Origin: Ranitomeya imitator
Lineage: Eukaryota
DNA: 64,000 bases
Assembly (NCBI RefSeq): GCF_032444005.1
Contig: NC_091288.1
Coordinates: 193,564,001-193,628,000, forward strand
Direction of reading: 5' to 3'
In this document: positions 61,275-64,000 of the stretch, piece by piece
Layout: every line of letters begins with the position of its first letter
How positions within the stretch are numbered: the first letter of the stretch is position 1
The notes under the pieces: generated by a model
Told to the model about the DNA's origin: nothing
The model's input: the letters and a program-made list of their open reading frames with translations, nothing else
The model's database searches: none
Position numbers and translations under genes: made by a program

Positions 61275-64000
61275 CCCAAGTCTGCAGTCTCTCTATGTGA
61301 CCCAAGTCTGCAGTCTCTCTATGTGACCCAAGTCTGCAGTCTCTCTATGTGACCCAAGTCTGCAGTCACTCTATGTGACCCAAGTCTGCAGTCACTCTAT
61401 GTGACCCAAGTCTGCAGTCTCTCTATGTGACCCAAGTCTGCAGTCACTCTATGTGACCCAAGTCTGCAGTCTCTCTATGTGACCCAAGTCTGCAGTCTCT
61501 CTATGTGACCCAAGTCTGCAGTCTCTCTATGTGACCCAAGTCTGCAGTCTCTCTATGTGACCCAAGTCTGCAGTCTCTCTATGTGACCCAAGTCTGCAGT
61601 CTCTCTATGTGATCCAAGTCTGCAGTCACTCTATGTGACCCAAGTCTGCAGTCACTCTATGTGACCCAAGTCTGCAGTCTCTCTATGTGACCCAAGTCTG
61701 CAGTCTCTCTATGTGACCCAAGTCTGCAGTCACTCTATGTGACCCAAGTCTGCAGTTTCTCTATGTGACCCAAGTCTGCAGTCTCTATGTGACCCAAGTC
61801 TGCAGTCACTCTATGTGACCCAAGTCTGCAGTCTCTCTATGTGACCCAAGTCTGCAGTCTCTCTATGTGATCCAAGTCTGCAGTCATCTATGTGACCCAA
61901 GTCTGCAGTCTCTCTATGTGACCCAAGTCTGCAGTTTCTCTATGTGACCCAAGTCTGCAGTCATCTATGTGACCCAAGTCTGCAGTCACTCTATGTGACC
62001 CAAGTCTGCAGTCTCTCTATGTGACCCAAGTCTGCAGTCACTCTATGTGACCCAAGTCTGCAGTCTCTCTATGTGACCCAAGTCTGCAGTCTCTCTATGT
62101 GATCCAAGTCTGCAGTCACTCTATGTGACCCAAGTCTGCAGTCTCTCTATGTGACCCAAGTCTGCAGTCTCTCTATGTGATCCAAGTCTGCAGTCTCTCT
62201 ATGTGATCCAAGTCTGCAGTCTCTCTATGTGATCCAAGTCTGCAGTCTCTCTATGTGATCCAAGTCTGCAGTCACTCTATGTGACCCAAGTCTGCAGTCT
62301 CTCTATGTGATCCAAGTCTGCAGTCTCTCTATGTGATCCAAGTCTGCAGTCTCTCTATGTGATCCAAGTCTGCAGTCTCTCTATGTGATCCAAGTCTGCA
62401 GTCTTTCTATGTGATCCAAGTCTGCAGTCTCTCTATGTGATCCAAGTCTGCAGTCTCTCTATGTGATCCAAGTCTGCAGTCTCTCTATGTGATCCAAGTC
62501 TGCAGTCACTCTATGTGACCCAAGTCTGCAGTCTCTCTATGTGATCCAAGTCTGCAGTCTCTCTATGTGATCCAAGTCTGCAGTCTCTCTATGTGATCCA
62601 AGTCTGCAGTCTCTCTATGTGATCCAAGTCTGCAGTCTCTCTATGTGATCCAAGTCTGCAGTCTCTCTATGTGATCCAAGTCTGCAGTCTCTCTATGTGA
62701 TCCAAGTCTGCAGTCTCTCTATGTGACCCAAGTCTGCAGTCTCTCTATGTGACCCAAGTCTGCAGTCTCTCTATGTGACCCAAGTCTGCAGTCACTCTAT
62801 GTGACCCAAGTCTGCAGTCTCTCTATGTGATCCAAGTCTGCAGTCTCTCTATGTGACCCAAGTCTGCAGTCTCTCTATGTGACCCAAGTCTGCAGTCTCT
62901 CTATGTGATCCAAGTCTGCAGTCTCTCTATGTGATCCAAGTCTGCAGTCTCTCTATGTGATCCAAGTCTGCAGTCACTCTGTGACCCAAGTCTGCAGTCT
63001 CTCTATGTGATCCAAGTCTGCAGTCTCTCTATGTGAGCCAAGTCTGCAGTCACTCTATGTGACCCAAGTCTGAAGTCTCTCTATGTGAGCCAAGTCTGCA
63101 GTCTCTCTATGTGACCCAAGTCTGCAGTCTCTCTATGTGACCCAAGTCTGCAGTTTCTCTATGTCACCAGTCTGCAGTCACTCTATGTGACCCAAGTCTG
63201 TAGTCTCTATATGTGACCCAAGTCTGTAGTCTCTCTATGTGACCCAAGTCTGAAGTCTCTCTATGTGAGCCAAGTCTGCAGTGTCTCTATGTGACCCAAG
63301 TCTGTAGTCTCTATATGTGACCCAAGTCTGCAGTCTCTCTCTGTGATCCAAGTCTGAAGTCTCTCTATGTGAGCCAAGTCTGCAGTCACTCTATGTGACC
63401 CAAGTCTGTAGTCTCTATATGTGACCCAAGTCTGCAGTTTCTCTATGTGATCCAAGTCTGCAGTCTCTCTATGTGATCCAAGTCTGCAGTCTCTCTATGT
63501 GATCCAAGTCTGCAGTCACTCTATGTGACCCAAGTCTGTAGTCTCTATATGTGACCCAAGTCTGCAGTCTCTCTCTGTGACCCAAGTCTGCAGTCTCTCT
63601 ATGTGACCCAAGTCTGCAGTCTCTCTATGTGACCCAAGTCTGCAGTCTCTCTATGTGACCCAAGTCTGCAGTCACTCTATGTGACCCAAGTCTGTAGTCT
63701 CTATATGTGACCCAAGTCTGTAGTCTCTCTATGTGACCCAAGTCTGCAGTCTCTCTATGTGACCCAAGTCTGCAGTCATTCTATGTGACCCAAGTCTGCA
63801 GTCATTCTATGTGACCCAAGTCTGCAGTCACTCTATGTGACCCAAGTCTGTAGTCTCTCTATGTGACCCAAGTCTGCAGTCTCTCTATGTGACCCAAGTC
63901 TGCAGTCACTCTATGTGACCCAAGTCTGCAGTTTCTCTATGTGATCCAAGTCTGCAGTCTCTCTATGTGACCCAAGTCTGCAGTCTCTCTATGTGACCCA
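61275..64000 (+). repeat. 26-bp satellite (GTGA(C/T)CCAAGTCTGCAGTC(T/A)CTCTAT), running off the window
   Basis: ~105 units; begins ~20 nt after a TTAA|AGGGGTTGTCC T2-type MITE terminus (61250-61264). Confidence 0.98.

Overview
Vertebrate genomic DNA, almost certainly anuran (inferred from the repeat families). Two host genes converge: UQCC4 (C16orf91; + strand, 2 coding exons, 120 aa) and a 4-exon canonical histone H3.3 gene (- strand; promoter ~45.6 kb, ~17-kb intron 1). By synteny the H3.3 gene looks like the UNKL-linked ohnologue of H3-3B that humans lack. Most of the rest is nested transposons: an intact DIRS1-type tyrosine-recombinase retrotransposon, an internally deleted DIRS copy, two decayed piggyBac transposase genes, many Harbinger-, piggyBac- and T2-type MITEs, a Tc1 remnant, a solo LTR and five large tandem arrays. 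The most notable candidate system is a piggyBac transposase gene in sense orientation inside H3.3 intron 1. It has a strong acceptor 19 nt before its ATG, an in-phase coding intron and its own poly(A) signal, so it could be a natural exon trap for the H3.3 promoter. Also notable: a spliced zinc-finger exon conserved in both DIRS ORF1s, an in-frame Gag-YR junction, and a minisatellite that arose inside a Tc1 transposase ORF. No database searches were run; family names come from motif recognition.
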